The notes under the pieces: generated by a model | What the model was told of the DNA's origin: nothing | The model's database searches: none | The model's input: the letters and a program-made list of their open reading frames with translations, nothing else | Assembly: GCF_001644705.1 (NCBI RefSeq) | Contig: NZ_CP015137.1 | Location: 450,001-482,000 of the forward strand | Source of the DNA: Dickeya solani IPO 2222 | Lineage (GTDB): Bacteria > Pseudomonadota > Gammaproteobacteria > Enterobacterales > Enterobacteriaceae | Direction: 5' to 3' | Length of the DNA: 32,000 nucleotides | Program-made: the position numbers and the translations under genes | In this document: positions 1-7,999 of the stretch, in pieces | Position numbering within the stretch: the first letter of the stretch is position 1 | Layout: each line of letters opens with the position of its first letter

Positions 1-934
1 CCTCTGTCACCGACAGCACGGCAACCTTGTGGCGCTCGCCCAGATCGAAACCGGCCGGACACACCAGATTGCCGACATTTTCGATAAACAGCAGGCTGTG
101 TGCCGGCAGTTGCAGCCGGTGCATGGCGTCATGCACCATCTGCGCATCCAGATGGCAGCCTTTGCCGGTGTTGACCTGAATCGCCGGAACCCCGGTGGCG
201 CGGATACGCTCGGCATCGTTGGTGGTTTGCTGGTCGCCCTCAATCACCGCACACGGCACACGTTCGCGCAGCAGGTGCAACGTACTGGTCAATAAGGTGG
301 TTTTGCCGGAGCCGGGGCTGGACACCAGATTCAGCGCCAGAATCCGATCGGCGTCGAAATGCTCGCGGTTGTGCGCCGCCAGTTGGTTGTTTTTGCTCAG
401 CACATCCATTTCGATCTGCAACAGGCGCTGCTGACCGATACCCGGCGCGTGAGTGCCCGCCGCCCCTTGCCCGTAGTGCAGGTGTTGCTCTCGTTCCACC
501 GGCTGAAAGCGTTCTTCCGGCCGGGCGTGCTCATTTGTGTGGTGATGATCCGCGTGGTGATGATCCGCGTGGTCATGACGTTCGTGATCATGATGTTCAT
601 GATCATGCGCGTGGCGCGGTGCCTGTGGGCGCGCCGCACCGTGGTAATGATGATGCACATCGCCGTGATGATAGTAATAGTGGTGATGATGAATGATCAC
701 GCCGGGCGCGGCTGGCGCGTCGTCATGCTCATGGTGATGATCATGTTCATGGTGATGTCCATCGTGATGGTGTTCATGCGAATGTGCATGACAGTGAGGA
801 TGCGAGTGGACAGAATCATGACTGTGGCTATGTTCGTGGTGGTGGTCGTGCGTATGGGGATGGTCGTGCGAATGAGCCGGCTCATCGCCCTCTATCCGGC
901 GTTCTCCCTCGCCACAACCGCATGTGGTACACAT
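1..934 (-). CDS. hypB: HypB, [NiFe]-hydrogenase nickel-insertion GTPase. Partial: the C-terminus lies beyond the left window edge. Carries a greatly expanded His-rich linker.
   Basis: Not in the ORF track because it is open-ended. Hand translation of the minus strand from ATG 934..932 (GGAGGAG SD at about 944-950) runs without a stop to position 2. It reads [33 protein letters not shown]...[26 protein letters not shown]...[22 protein letters not shown]...[38 protein letters not shown]...[29 protein letters not shown]. The CxxCGC N-terminal metal site, the GSGKT Walker A motif and the ENVGNLVCP motif match HypB as I remember it from E. coli. Confidence 0.93.
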   Translation of the reverse strand, partial: MCTTCGCGEGERRIEGDEPAHSHDHPHTHDHHHEHSHSHDSVHSHPHCHAHSHEHHHDGHHHEHDHHHEHDDAPAAPGVIIHHHHYYYHHGDVHHHYHGAARPQAPRHAHDHEHHDHERHDHADHHHADHHHTNEHARPEERFQPVEREQHLHYGQGAAGTHAPGIGQQRLLQIEMDVLSKNNQLAAHNREHFDADRILALNLVSSPGSGKTTLLTSTLHLLRERVPCAVIEGDQQTTNDAERIRATGVPAIQVNTGKGCHLDAQMVHDAMHRLQLPAHSLLFIENVGNLVCPAGFDLGERHKVAVLSVTE

Positions 935-999
935 TGATACGACTCCTCCGGTCAACCAGACCGTTTTTTACTGATTGCACGCCGACGGAAGGCGACGCG

Positions 1000-1341
1000 C
1001 TATTCAATCGCCAGTTGCTTCAATTGCAGGCTGTCGCCGCTCTCGACGCGCAGACTATGGCTGCCGCAATGCGGGCAGCCGCTGTCGTGATCGGCCACTT
1101 CCACCGGCTGACTGCACTCCCAGCACCAGGCCTGCGCCGGGCGCACCGACAGGTGTAACTGACAGCCCTCCGCCAGCGTCTGCCGGCAGACCGACTCGAA
1201 ACAAAACTGCAACGCGCTCTCTTCGATGCAGGACAGCGCGCCGATTTCCAGCCAGACGCCGGTCACTCGCCGGGCGCCGTGCTGGCGCGCCTGCTGCTCA
1301 ATCAATTCCAGCGCGTTGTAGCACAGGGAAATTTCATGCAT
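1000..1341 (-). CDS. hybF: HypA/HybF-family hydrogenase nickel-incorporation metallochaperone
   Basis: Track ORF of 113 aa. It has the N-terminal MHE nickel motif (MHEISLC) and two CxxC zinc motifs (CWEC, CPHC). It sits after hybE in the hyb operon and its start overlaps the hybE stop. Confidence 0.9.
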   Translation of the reverse strand: MHEISLCYNALELIEQQARQHGARRVTGVWLEIGALSCIEESALQFCFESVCRQTLAEGCQLHLSVRPAQAWCWECSQPVEVADHDSGCPHCGSHSLRVESGDSLQLKQLAIE

Positions 1342-1897
1342 CCGGCTGACTCCGGTAACGGCTGAACAGCGCGCGGCGGCCGAGGTTTTCAGGCGTGTCG
1401 GCGTCGCGCACCGGCAACGACAGCGCCATGCACGCGCTTTGCTGCGCCAGTTGCAGCGCCTGCCCGGCGTCGAGCGCCGGGTCCAGCGGCGACATCAACG
1501 AACAGGACAAGTACTGCCGCCCGTCGTCGCTTTCGCTCACCACAAACTTCACACTGCCGCAGGGCAGGTCCAGCGCCAGCCGGGTAGCAAGGTCACGTCG
1601 GGGCCACTGCTGCCCCGGCCCCGGCAATACCAACAGGCTGAGCATCCACGGCGTCAGCAGGCAGCCGAACCACTGCTGTTCAAACAGGGTAAATCCACAG
1701 GCCCGTACCGGAATGCCATCGCGGTAAAACGGCAACAACCGCATGCGCTCCTGCGCGATACGGCTAAACTCGGCTTCCAACCAGGCCACCGGACTCTGAT
1801 CATGCCCCTCTATCCACGCCGATTCTTTGCGCTCACCGGGTATTGCGGGCGGATTATGACTGCCGTCGTATGGCGAAGCGGAAAAAATGTCAGTCAT
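1334..1897 (-). CDS. hybE: HybE, hydrogenase-2 assembly chaperone
   Basis: Track ORF of 187 aa. The core FTLFEQQWFGCLLTPWMLSLLVLPGP...QYLSCSLMSPL resembles E. coli HybE. It lies between hybD and hybF with translationally coupled overlaps on both sides. Confidence 0.85.
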   Translation of the reverse strand: MTDIFSASPYDGSHNPPAIPGERKESAWIEGHDQSPVAWLEAEFSRIAQERMRLLPFYRDGIPVRACGFTLFEQQWFGCLLTPWMLSLLVLPGPGQQWPRRDLATRLALDLPCGSVKFVVSESDDGRQYLSCSLMSPLDPALDAGQALQLAQQSACMALSLPVRDADTPENLGRRALFSRYRSQPDA

Positions 1898-2390
1898 CGC
1901 ACACCTCCTGCGCGGTCTTCTCCGTCACCGCGACACCGCTCTGGCGCAACGCGGCGATGATATGCCGCAACGCCGGTTCCAGCGCGCGGGTAACGGTATC
2001 GGACAGGCCGATGCCGGAATCGAGCGCTTCCGGCTCCACCCCCACCAGCGTTAGCTGGCGGGGAAATTCGCCGGTCAGTTGCAGCGCCATCAGCACATCG
2101 GCCAGCCCCAACTGGTGCGGGGAGATTTTGCGGGTAAACAGCGCCGGCACCTCGCGGTCGCGCAGCACCGTCACACTGCCCGGCGCCTGACCGGTCAGCA
2201 CCGCATCGGCCACGATCAGGTGATCGCGCCCGGCCATGCATTCCATCAGCTCCATGCCGCAGGTGCCGCCATCCACCACCTCAATGGCGGGCGTGCAATC
2301 GAACCGCTGTTCCAGCCGTTCCACCAGCCGTACCCCAACCCCTTCGTCACTCAGCAGGATATTGCCGATCCCCAGCACCAGTATGTTCAT
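1890..2390 (-). CDS. hybD: HybD, hydrogenase-2 large-subunit maturation endopeptidase
   Basis: The track ORF starts at GTG 2393, but the next codon is ATG at 2390, giving MNILVLGIGNILLSDEGVGVR, which aligns with E. coli HybD MRILVLGVGNILLTDE. ATG 2390 shares one base with the hybC TGA stop (TGATG coupling). Confidence 0.9.
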   Translation of the reverse strand: MNILVLGIGNILLSDEGVGVRLVERLEQRFDCTPAIEVVDGGTCGMELMECMAGRDHLIVADAVLTGQAPGSVTVLRDREVPALFTRKISPHQLGLADVLMALQLTGEFPRQLTLVGVEPEALDSGIGLSDTVTRALEPALRHIIAALRQSGVAVTEKTAQEVCDD

Positions 2391-4096
2391 CACAACACCT
2401 TCACCCGGGTGACTTCATTGCCATTGACGGTATCCACCACATGCACCGCGCAGGACATGCACGGGTCGAAGGAGTGGATGGTGCGCACCACTTCCAGCGG
2501 TTTGTGTGGGTCCGCCACCGGCGTACCTACCAGCGACTGCTCGTACGGGCCGGGCTTGTCGTCGCCGTTGCGCGGACAGGAGGTCCAGGTGGACGGCACC
2601 ACCGCCTGATAGTTGGTGATCTTGCCGTTTTTGAACACGATCCAGTGCGACAGCATGCCGCGCGGCATCTCGCCGAAGCCCACGCCGTGGAATTCGGTGT
2701 CTGGCGAAAAGTCCGGCTTGATGAAGGTCTGGTGATCGCCTTTACCGATGTTGTCGACCAGCGCCTGCCACTGCTGGGCCAGCGTGTCTTTCAGTACGCA
2801 GCAGTGCACGGTGCGGCCAATCACCCGGCCCAGCGTGGAGTGCAGGTGTTTCTCTTCCAGTGGGTGACCGCTGAGCGTCTTATAAGCGGCTTTTACCTGG
2901 TCGAAGTGGGTCAGCGTGTCTTTATGCTTCGCAGCCAGCCCGCACAGCAGCCAGGCCAACGGCCCCACTTCCACAGTTTTGCCGTAGAAGGTCGGCGATT
3001 TCACCCACGAGTACTTGCCGTCCTCATGCCAGCCGGTGTAGTTCGGCCGGGTCAGCCCTTCCCACGGCGCCAGCGACTGATCGTCCTGATACCAGGCATG
3101 CTTGCCGCTCTCGCGGATACCGTCGATCAGGAACTTATCGCTGTGGCTGGTGATCGGCCGATAGCGCGACAGGTCGCTGTTTTCGATATACCCGCCCGCC
3201 AGCAGGAAGCTGCCGTTTTTGTTATCAGTCGGCAGCTCCGGCACGCTCAGGTAGTGATCGGCGCCGCGCCCCAGCGTCAGCCACTGCGGGTAGTGGGCGG
3301 CGATCACCGCGCAGTCCACCTTGTAGACCTGCTCGATAAAATCGCCCAACCGGTCGATGAAACTTTTCACGTACATCAACCGTTCCAGATTGAGCACGCT
3401 CGGCGCGTCCAGATTGATCGGGTTAGCCACGCCGCCGACCGCCAGATTCTGGATGTGCGGCGACTTGCCGCCCAGAATCGCCACAATACGGTTGGCGTCG
3501 CGCTGGCACTCCAGCGCCTGCAAATAGTGGGCGACGGCAATCAGGTTCACTTCCGGCGGCAGCGACATCGCCGGGTGGCCCCAGTAGCCGTTGGCGAAAA
3601 TCCCCAACTGACCGCTGGCGACCAGATCCTTCAGTTTCTGCTGCACCTTGGTAAATTCGGCGGCGGTATTCAGCGGCCAGTCGGACAGCCCTTTGAGCAG
3701 CGCCGCCGCTTTCTGCGGATCAGCTTTCAGCGCCGAGGTCACATCCACCCAGTCGAGCGCCGACAGCTGATAAAAGTGCACGATATGGTCGTGGATGCTG
3801 TGCGCCGCCAGAATCAGGTTGCGGATGTACTGGGCGTTGACCGGCACGTTCAGGCCGAGCGCGTTTTCCACCGCGCGCACCGAGGCGATGGCGTGCACCG
3901 TGGTGCACACGCCGCAGATACGCTGCACGATCATCCAGGCATCGCGCGGATCGCGCCCTTTGACGATCTCCTCCATGCCGCGCCACATGGTGCCGGATGA
4001 CCAGGCTTTGGTGACCTTGCCGTTTTCTATTTCGCAATCAATGCGCAGATGCCCTTCGATACGGGTAATGGGATCAATGGTGATGCGTTGGCTCAT
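2390..4096 (-). CDS. hybC: HybC, [NiFe]-hydrogenase-2 large subunit
   Basis: Track ORF of 568 aa. It has N-terminal RIEGH and RICGVC Ni-Fe ligand motifs and the C-terminal DPCMSCAVH motif, followed by a short cleavable extension. It is collinear with E. coli HybC. Confidence 0.97.
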   Translation of the reverse strand: MSQRITIDPITRIEGHLRIDCEIENGKVTKAWSSGTMWRGMEEIVKGRDPRDAWMIVQRICGVCTTVHAIASVRAVENALGLNVPVNAQYIRNLILAAHSIHDHIVHFYQLSALDWVDVTSALKADPQKAAALLKGLSDWPLNTAAEFTKVQQKLKDLVASGQLGIFANGYWGHPAMSLPPEVNLIAVAHYLQALECQRDANRIVAILGGKSPHIQNLAVGGVANPINLDAPSVLNLERLMYVKSFIDRLGDFIEQVYKVDCAVIAAHYPQWLTLGRGADHYLSVPELPTDNKNGSFLLAGGYIENSDLSRYRPITSHSDKFLIDGIRESGKHAWYQDDQSLAPWEGLTRPNYTGWHEDGKYSWVKSPTFYGKTVEVGPLAWLLCGLAAKHKDTLTHFDQVKAAYKTLSGHPLEEKHLHSTLGRVIGRTVHCCVLKDTLAQQWQALVDNIGKGDHQTFIKPDFSPDTEFHGVGFGEMPRGMLSHWIVFKNGKITNYQAVVPSTWTSCPRNGDDKPGPYEQSLVGTPVADPHKPLEVVRTIHSFDPCMSCAVHVVDTVNGNEVTRVKVL

Positions 4097-5273
4097 GCTT
4101 TACCTCAGCCTGATGATGCGTATGTTCGCCTTTCAGCGCGGGCAGTACCGGCAGCAGGCGGATTAACAAGATGTAGGCGCAGACTTCAATGGCGACGAAG
4201 CCAATGGAAATCAGGATTTCCTGCGCTTTGGGAAAGTAGTGATAGCCGTTGCCCGGATTGAACGCCAGCAGGGAGTAGCTCAGCCGCCACAGCGCCGCGC
4301 CGAACAACATGCTGAGCGCGCTGACGAACAGCCAGCGGGCATCCTGACGGCAGCGTTTCAGCCGCAGCAGCACCAGCGGCAACAGCATCAGACCGGCTTC
4401 GCACCAGAACATGACGGCAAACCGGTCGCCGGCGAACAGCAGCGCGGTTTTCTGGTGCCAGATAATTTCGCCGAAGCGCAGCACCACAAACAGCAGCACC
4501 AGCACGTGGGCCAGCCCGGTCAGTTTGCGAAACAGCGCTTGTTCATCCGGCCCGCGCCCTTTCAGCCCGGCCTGCACCATCGAGCCTTCGAAAATCACGA
4601 TCGAAAAGCCCATGATGAACGCGGTCAACAGCGACAGCAGCGGCAGCAGTTCATAGCTCTGCCACAACGGATGCACCTTGTAGCCGGCGGCGATCATCAG
4701 CGACCCCATCGACGACTGGTGCATGGTGGGCAGCAGCGCTCCCAGCGCAATGACAAAAAACATCACCTTGTTGAGTCGTTTCAGCGACACATGCCAGCCG
4801 AAGCGTTCCAGCACCACCGGCGCGAACTCCAGCGCCATCACCCCGATGTAGATGGTCATGCACACCGCGGTTTCAAACAGCACCGAGTTGGTGTTGAAGT
4901 AGCCGGGAATGTAGAAGTACGGCAGGTTCCAGTAGCGCCCGACGTCAATGGTGATCGACAACCCGCCCAGCGAATAGCCAAACAGACTGGCGAGCAGCGC
5001 CGGACGGACCAGCGGATGGTATTCGCCGCGGTTGAACACGTACACCGCCCAGGCCAACGCCCAGCCGCCGCAGGCAAGACCGGTGCCGACCAGCAGGTCG
5101 AAAGCGATCCAGATCCCCCACGGGTAGCCGCCGTTCAGATCCGCCACCGAGCCGATCCCCAGAAACAGGCGTTTCACGATCAGGATCGCGCAAATCGCCA
5201 CCAGCGGAGCCAGCAGCATCACCGGCCAGCTCACCAGCCGCCCGCCCAACGGACTTGCTTTATGCGCCGTCAT
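4074..5273 (-). CDS. hybB: HybB, hydrogenase-2 integral-membrane (cytochrome b-like) subunit
   Basis: The track ORF 4074..5627 is over-extended. HybB-like sequence begins at the internal Met (residue 119 of the track [27 protein letters not shown]...), giving 399 aa with multiple hydrophobic helices. The upstream 118 codons overlap the 3' end of hybA in another frame. The 3' end overlaps the hybC start by 23 nt. Confidence 0.88.
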   Translation of the reverse strand: MTAHKASPLGGRLVSWPVMLLAPLVAICAILIVKRLFLGIGSVADLNGGYPWGIWIAFDLLVGTGLACGGWALAWAVYVFNRGEYHPLVRPALLASLFGYSLGGLSITIDVGRYWNLPYFYIPGYFNTNSVLFETAVCMTIYIGVMALEFAPVVLERFGWHVSLKRLNKVMFFVIALGALLPTMHQSSMGSLMIAAGYKVHPLWQSYELLPLLSLLTAFIMGFSIVIFEGSMVQAGLKGRGPDEQALFRKLTGLAHVLVLLFVVLRFGEIIWHQKTALLFAGDRFAVMFWCEAGLMLLPLVLLRLKRCRQDARWLFVSALSMLFGAALWRLSYSLLAFNPGNGYHYFPKAQEILISIGFVAIEVCAYILLIRLLPVLPALKGEHTHHQAEVKHEPTHHH

Positions 5274-6276
5274 GAGGTTTCTCCTGTGAGTCGTGCGTCT
5301 CTTCCCGTTCGGCGCGGGTATTGCGATGCACCAGCACCGACAACCCGGCCAGCACCGCCAGCGGCAGCACCATGCCCTTGTACAACGTGTGCTGGATGTG
5401 TTCCGAACGCGCACCGGTGGACAGCGAATCCAGCGCCGGCATCTCCAGGTTCTGGTACGGCACCCCGGCCAACACCAGCACCTGTGTGCCGCCCGCTTCT
5501 TTCTCGCCATAGACATAGCGTTCATAGCTCGGCACGGTGTGCAGGTAGGTGTCCTTACGATCCAGCGTTTGGCGTGGATAGGCGTATTCGTCGCCCGGCT
5601 TGAGCGCCAGCCGGCGTTTCGCCTCATCCAGCAGTTGCTCGCGGGTACCGTAAATCACCGCCCCGGTCGGACACACTTCCACGCATCCCGGCATGCCGCC
5701 TTTATCGAGCCGCGCCAGCTCAGGCTGATTACACAGCTCGCATTTGTGCAGTTTGCCGAGCGGGTTTTCATAGTCGTACTTCGGCACATCGAACGGGCAG
5801 GCCACCATGCAGTAACGACAACCGGTACAGATACTGGCGTCGTAATGCACCACGCCGGTTTTCGGGTCTTTCTTCAGCGCCGAAACCGGGCACACCGACA
5901 CGCAGTTGGGGTCGACGCAGTGCATACACTGTTTCTTGATGTAGGCGTAGCCGTCTTGCGTCTGATCCTTGTTTTTGCCGTCGCCGCTGCGCCACACCTG
6001 AATGATGTTGTTGGTGTACGGGCTGAGCTTGTCGTTGTTGGACCAGGTCGCCGCACCACCGGCATAGACGGTGCTATTGGGTTTGTAGTCCAGCTTATTG
6101 ACCTGCTGGCATTTGCTCACGCACGCCTGACAGCCCACGCACAGCGTGGAGTCGTACAGCATGCCGAGCGAACCGGGAATGGGCGGCCGGTTGGTGGCCG
6201 CCGCTTCCGTCGCCAGCGGCGTGCCCGCCAGCAGCGCCCCGGCGGAAGCCAGCTTGAAAAAATTGCGTCTGTTCAC
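5260..6276 (-). CDS. hybA: HybA, hydrogenase-2 4Fe-4S ferredoxin-type electron-transfer subunit
   Basis: Track ORF of 338 aa with a GTG start. It has a twin-arginine signal ([18 protein letters not shown]) and several CxxCxxCxxxCP clusters ([37 protein letters not shown]). It is collinear with E. coli HybA. Confidence 0.95.
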   Translation of the reverse strand: MNRRNFFKLASAGALLAGTPLATEAAATNRPPIPGSLGMLYDSTLCVGCQACVSKCQQVNKLDYKPNSTVYAGGAATWSNNDKLSPYTNNIIQVWRSGDGKNKDQTQDGYAYIKKQCMHCVDPNCVSVCPVSALKKDPKTGVVHYDASICTGCRYCMVACPFDVPKYDYENPLGKLHKCELCNQPELARLDKGGMPGCVEVCPTGAVIYGTREQLLDEAKRRLALKPGDEYAYPRQTLDRKDTYLHTVPSYERYVYGEKEAGGTQVLVLAGVPYQNLEMPALDSLSTGARSEHIQHTLYKGMVLPLAVLAGLSVLVHRNTRAEREETHDSQEKPHDGA

Positions 6277-6279
6277 GGC

Positions 6280-7407
6280 TTAACCCTCCCGGGATGCGTT
6301 GCCGGCGTCCTGCTGTTTTTGCTGACGGCCCAGTTCACGCACCGCCATCAGGCTGACGCCCGCCACCGCCCCCAGCACGCCGCCGATAAGCCCCGTGGCC
6401 GTGGCGGAACTGTTGCCGCCTTCCGGGCTGTTGACCGCCGGTTTCTCGACCCGCGGCGTCGGGTTTTCCACGTTGGCCAGTTGGAAAATGCCCTTGGTGA
6501 ACCCGATGCCCTCCTCGTTACAGCCATAGCACGGATGACCAATCCCTACCGGCCAGATACCGCCGCCCACGTCGCAGAATTCCAGCGTCGGGCAGTTGCC
6601 GTAGGTTTCCGGCCCCTTGCAACCCAGATGGTAGAGGCACCACCCCTGCCGGTGTCCTTCATCGCCAAACTCTTTGGCGAAACGGCCGGCGTCGAAATGC
6701 GGGCGACGCTCGCAGTTTTCGTGGATCAGTCGGGCATAGGCGAAGGTAGGACGGTTCTGGCTGTCGAGCGCCGGTGCACGCTGATAGGTGACGATGTGCG
6801 CCACGGTCGCCAGGAAGTTGTGCGGGTTGGGCGGGCAACCGGGAATATTGATAACGGTTTTGCCCGGCAACACCGCCTGCAAGCTGGCGGCGCCGGTCGG
6901 GTTAGAACCGCTGGCCGGCACCCCGCCCCAGGCGGAACAGGAACCAATGGCGACGATCGCCGCGGCATGCTCGGCGGCGGCGCGGATATGTTCGACGATC
7001 GGCTTACCCGCCACCATGCAGTAAATACCGCCATCTTTCAGCGGGATGGAGCCGTCCACCACCAGTACGTATCTGCCTTTGTACTGCTCGATAGCGCGGT
7101 GTTTGTTTTCTTCCGCCTGCTCGCCAAACGCGGCGGAGAGGACTTCGTGATATTCCAGCGAGATAGTATTCAGCAGCAGATTTTCAATGGTCGGGTGGGT
7201 GGCGCGCAGCAGGGATTCGGTACATCCGGTACATTCCTGCGCGCCAATCCAGATCACCGGCGGACGCTGGGGAGACGTCAGTGACTGGGCCATTTCTGCG
7301 GCGGCGGCCTCTTTCAACCCCATGGTGGCGGCAAGTGCTGCACATAGCTTCATAAAATCACGGCGATTGATGCCGTGATGGGAAAGCATCATATTTTCCC
7401 CATTCAT
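6280..7407 (-). CDS. hybO: HybO, [NiFe]-hydrogenase-2 small subunit
   Basis: Track ORF of 375 aa. It has a Tat signal (HGINRRDFMKLCAALAATMG), the CTGC and GxCxxxG Fe-S ligand regions, and a C-terminal hydrophobic anchor. It closely matches E. coli HybO. Confidence 0.96.
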   Translation of the reverse strand: MNGENMMLSHHGINRRDFMKLCAALAATMGLKEAAAAEMAQSLTSPQRPPVIWIGAQECTGCTESLLRATHPTIENLLLNTISLEYHEVLSAAFGEQAEENKHRAIEQYKGRYVLVVDGSIPLKDGGIYCMVAGKPIVEHIRAAAEHAAAIVAIGSCSAWGGVPASGSNPTGAASLQAVLPGKTVINIPGCPPNPHNFLATVAHIVTYQRAPALDSQNRPTFAYARLIHENCERRPHFDAGRFAKEFGDEGHRQGWCLYHLGCKGPETYGNCPTLEFCDVGGGIWPVGIGHPCYGCNEEGIGFTKGIFQLANVENPTPRVEKPAVNSPEGGNSSATATGLIGGVLGAVAGVSLMAVRELGRQQKQQDAGNASREG

Positions 7408-7489
7408 TCTTTATTATTCTCCTGCATCCAGGTCGAAGTAACACATTTACGTGTCGGCATAGAATAATGAGGAGAATAACGTCACCGAT

Positions 7490-7503
7490 TTGATCTCTAT
7501 CAA
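7490..7503 (-). promoter_or_regulatory. Perfect FNR-type palindrome TTGAT-N4-ATCAA upstream of hybO
   Basis: The sequence ttgatctctatcaa matches both FNR consensus half-sites exactly. Its centre lies about 90 nt upstream of the hybO start codon. Candidate -10 hexamers (TATTCT or CATTAT on the minus strand, about 7462-7470) sit about 30 nt downstream of the centre, as in class II FNR promoters. Confidence 0.55.
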
Positions 7504-7952
7504 TCGGCCGGGGAATAACCATTTTATTTATGTGCCTTATGTGAGGATCTCCGCGACATTTCTTTTTTAAAAGCACGACATGTCAGATTAAATGAGAAAA
7601 TATCTCAATGCGTAACAAACGGATAATTTTTTTGTGATATACAATTGCTTAATCGATTTAACAGCAGCTTATATCAGTTATAATAAAATTATTATCATAT
7701 TGATTTTAAATGCTTTATTTGAATTTCACTTGAGCGGGATTTATTTCTCCGTCATTCGGTTGCATTCGCCATCCACGCATTAGTCAATTCAGTTATTTTG
7801 GATACTTTACTTTTAAAAGTGCGATTGCAGGATAATGTCTCTGTCGAAACGAAAGATAAAAGCGTACGCTGCGGTTGTTTTTTACACAGGATTATTTCCT
7901 TCTCTCGCCACGCCTGATTCCTGTCCGCCGTCTTTTTAACATTTCAGGCAAT

Positions 7953-7984
7953 AAAAAAAGCAGCCGACAAGCGGCTGCTTTTTT
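7953..7984 (-). terminator. Rho-independent, bidirectional-looking terminator downstream of ybiT
   Basis: The arms agcagccg and cggctgct form an 8-bp stem with a 5-nt loop. The stem is flanked by A7 on the left and T6 on the right, so a U-tract follows the hairpin on either strand. It lies 16 nt after the ybiT stop. Confidence 0.8.
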
Positions 7985-7999
7985 CCGAAAGGCAAAACG

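Noticed and set aside
359-937. Track ORFs over the repeat region: 359..937 + (192 aa, V/M/I-rich), 397..660 - and 697..885 - (T/I/M-rich). I also considered whether the CAT/CAC-rich DNA is a microsatellite or a CRISPR-like array.
   Set aside because: They are alternative frames or the opposite strand of the hypB His-codon tract. The hypB frame is open from 934 to the window edge and continues into an unmistakable HypB GTPase domain. The repeats are irregular coding repeats with no spacer/repeat architecture.
2441-4000. 519-aa plus-strand ORF antisense to hybC.
   Set aside because: It is a shadow ORF typical of GC-rich genes. It has an R/H/Q/V-rich low-information sequence, no motifs and no SD, and the opposite strand encodes a near-perfect HybC.
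5274-5627. 118-codon N-terminal extension of the hybB track ORF (the ORF starts at 5627).
   Set aside because: The extension is Cys/Arg/Trp-rich nonsense that overlaps the hybA 3' end out of frame. HybB homology begins at the Met at 5273.
4239-7284. Long plus-strand ORFs 4239..5603 (454 aa) and 5293..7284 (663 aa) antisense to hybB, hybA and hybO.
   Set aside because: They are antisense shadow ORFs with Arg/Gln/His-rich composition and no recognisable domains. The minus-strand genes are strongly supported.
7358-7576. 72-aa minus-strand ORF overlapping the hybO start and leader.
   Set aside because: It overlaps the hybO start codon region out of frame, has no SD and lies in AT-rich promoter DNA. 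It is most likely a chance ORF.
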